Origin: Mobula hypostoma
Lineage: Eukaryota
DNA length: 64,000 nt
Assembly: GCF_963921235.1 (NCBI RefSeq)
Contig: NC_086109.1
Span: 29,078,001 to 29,142,000 of the forward strand
Direction: 5' to 3'
Part shown: in pieces, positions 63,280 through 64,000 of the stretch
Layout: each line of letters begins with the position of its first letter
How positions within the stretch are numbered: position 1 is the stretch's first letter
Translations under genes and position numbers: made by a program
The notes under the pieces: generated by a model
What the model was told of the DNA's origin: nothing
What the model saw: only the letters and a program-made list of their open reading frames with translations
The model's database searches: none

Positions 63280-64000
63280 TTCAATAGGTACATTTAATGT
63301 CAGAGAAATGGATACAATATACATCCTGAAATTCTTTTTCTTCACAAGCATCCATGAAAACAGAGGAGTACCCCAAAGAATGCATGACAGTTAAATGTTA
63401 GAACCCCAAAGCCCCCCATCCTCCCCTCCCACACATAGACATCAGCAAGGCAATGACCCCCACCCCCACCATCACCAGCTAAAAAGTATCAGTACCCTCC
63501 ACCGCGCACTCAAGTGTGCAGCAAGAATCAATAAAGACGCAGACTTGCAGTACCCCAACAACTACAAGTTCACTTGGTAATTCGACATACCACAGGCTCT
63601 CTCTATCTCCCTAATAAGGGAAAAAGAGGTGTTCCCGTTTCACAACTAGAGGGAAGACATAACAAACAACTCACTGATTTGCGATGTTAAAAATCTGTTG
63701 CATCAGTTCTTCTGAGCTCTGCGCCCAGAGGGGCGGCCCCAGAAAGGCTCAGATCTCTGGACACACAACCCACAGCAGCTATCCCGCTGCTCCTGATGTT
63801 CCGTGTTCTCTTGTGACACCTCAGTCAGGGGCTCCGGCCTAGAATCAACCTGTCTCCAGGGCCACAAAAATCTGGCAACCTGAAGGCGCACTGGTCTTCC
63901 AGGATGCATCCTTGGACAATCAAAAAGCGGCTGGCCGTGAGACCCTGAGAGCGGGTCCCCTTCCCCCAAACAACCGAAGTCAGAGTGTAACTCCAGGTCA
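63280..64000 (-). mobile_element. Non-autonomous LINE-tailed element running off the window edge
   Basis: Minus-strand 3' end gaatttcaggatgtatattgtat...attaaatgtacctattgaaa resembles the Rex/Babar-type 3' ends in this window. GC-rich non-coding body. Confidence 0.55.

Overview
Vertebrate nuclear DNA. The repeat content (CR1 LINEs with (ATAGAAAC)n-type tails, V-SINE and Deu-type SINEs, Rex/Babar LINEs) points to a cartilaginous fish, probably a ray or skate; this is inference. The window looks intronic or intergenic and I could not identify a host gene. Every long ORF is transposon-derived: two young, near-identical 5'-truncated CR1 copies with open RT frames (13.2-14.7 kb, 34.4-35.9 kb) and a 4.5-kb L1 whose ORF2 is complete but disrupted (39.3-43.8 kb). 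Smaller remnants include RTE, Tx1, Rex/Babar, Penelope (GIY-YIG), solo LTRs, hAT, Harbinger, Tc1/Tigger and piggyBac-like elements. The most interesting signal is a set of Penelope-like (PLE) terminal repeats carrying minimal hammerhead ribozyme motifs (CTGATGA...GAAAC-GTC) in three distinct families. With them come short TSD-flanked fold-back inserts whose inversion point lies in the ribozyme core, and a Tx1 derivative whose TSD starts at a hammerhead cleavage triplet. Also notable is a hAT-like family with 6-bp TSDs and an intron-split zinc finger. Boundaries of degraded repeats are approximate; TSD- or TIR-defined boundaries were read directly.
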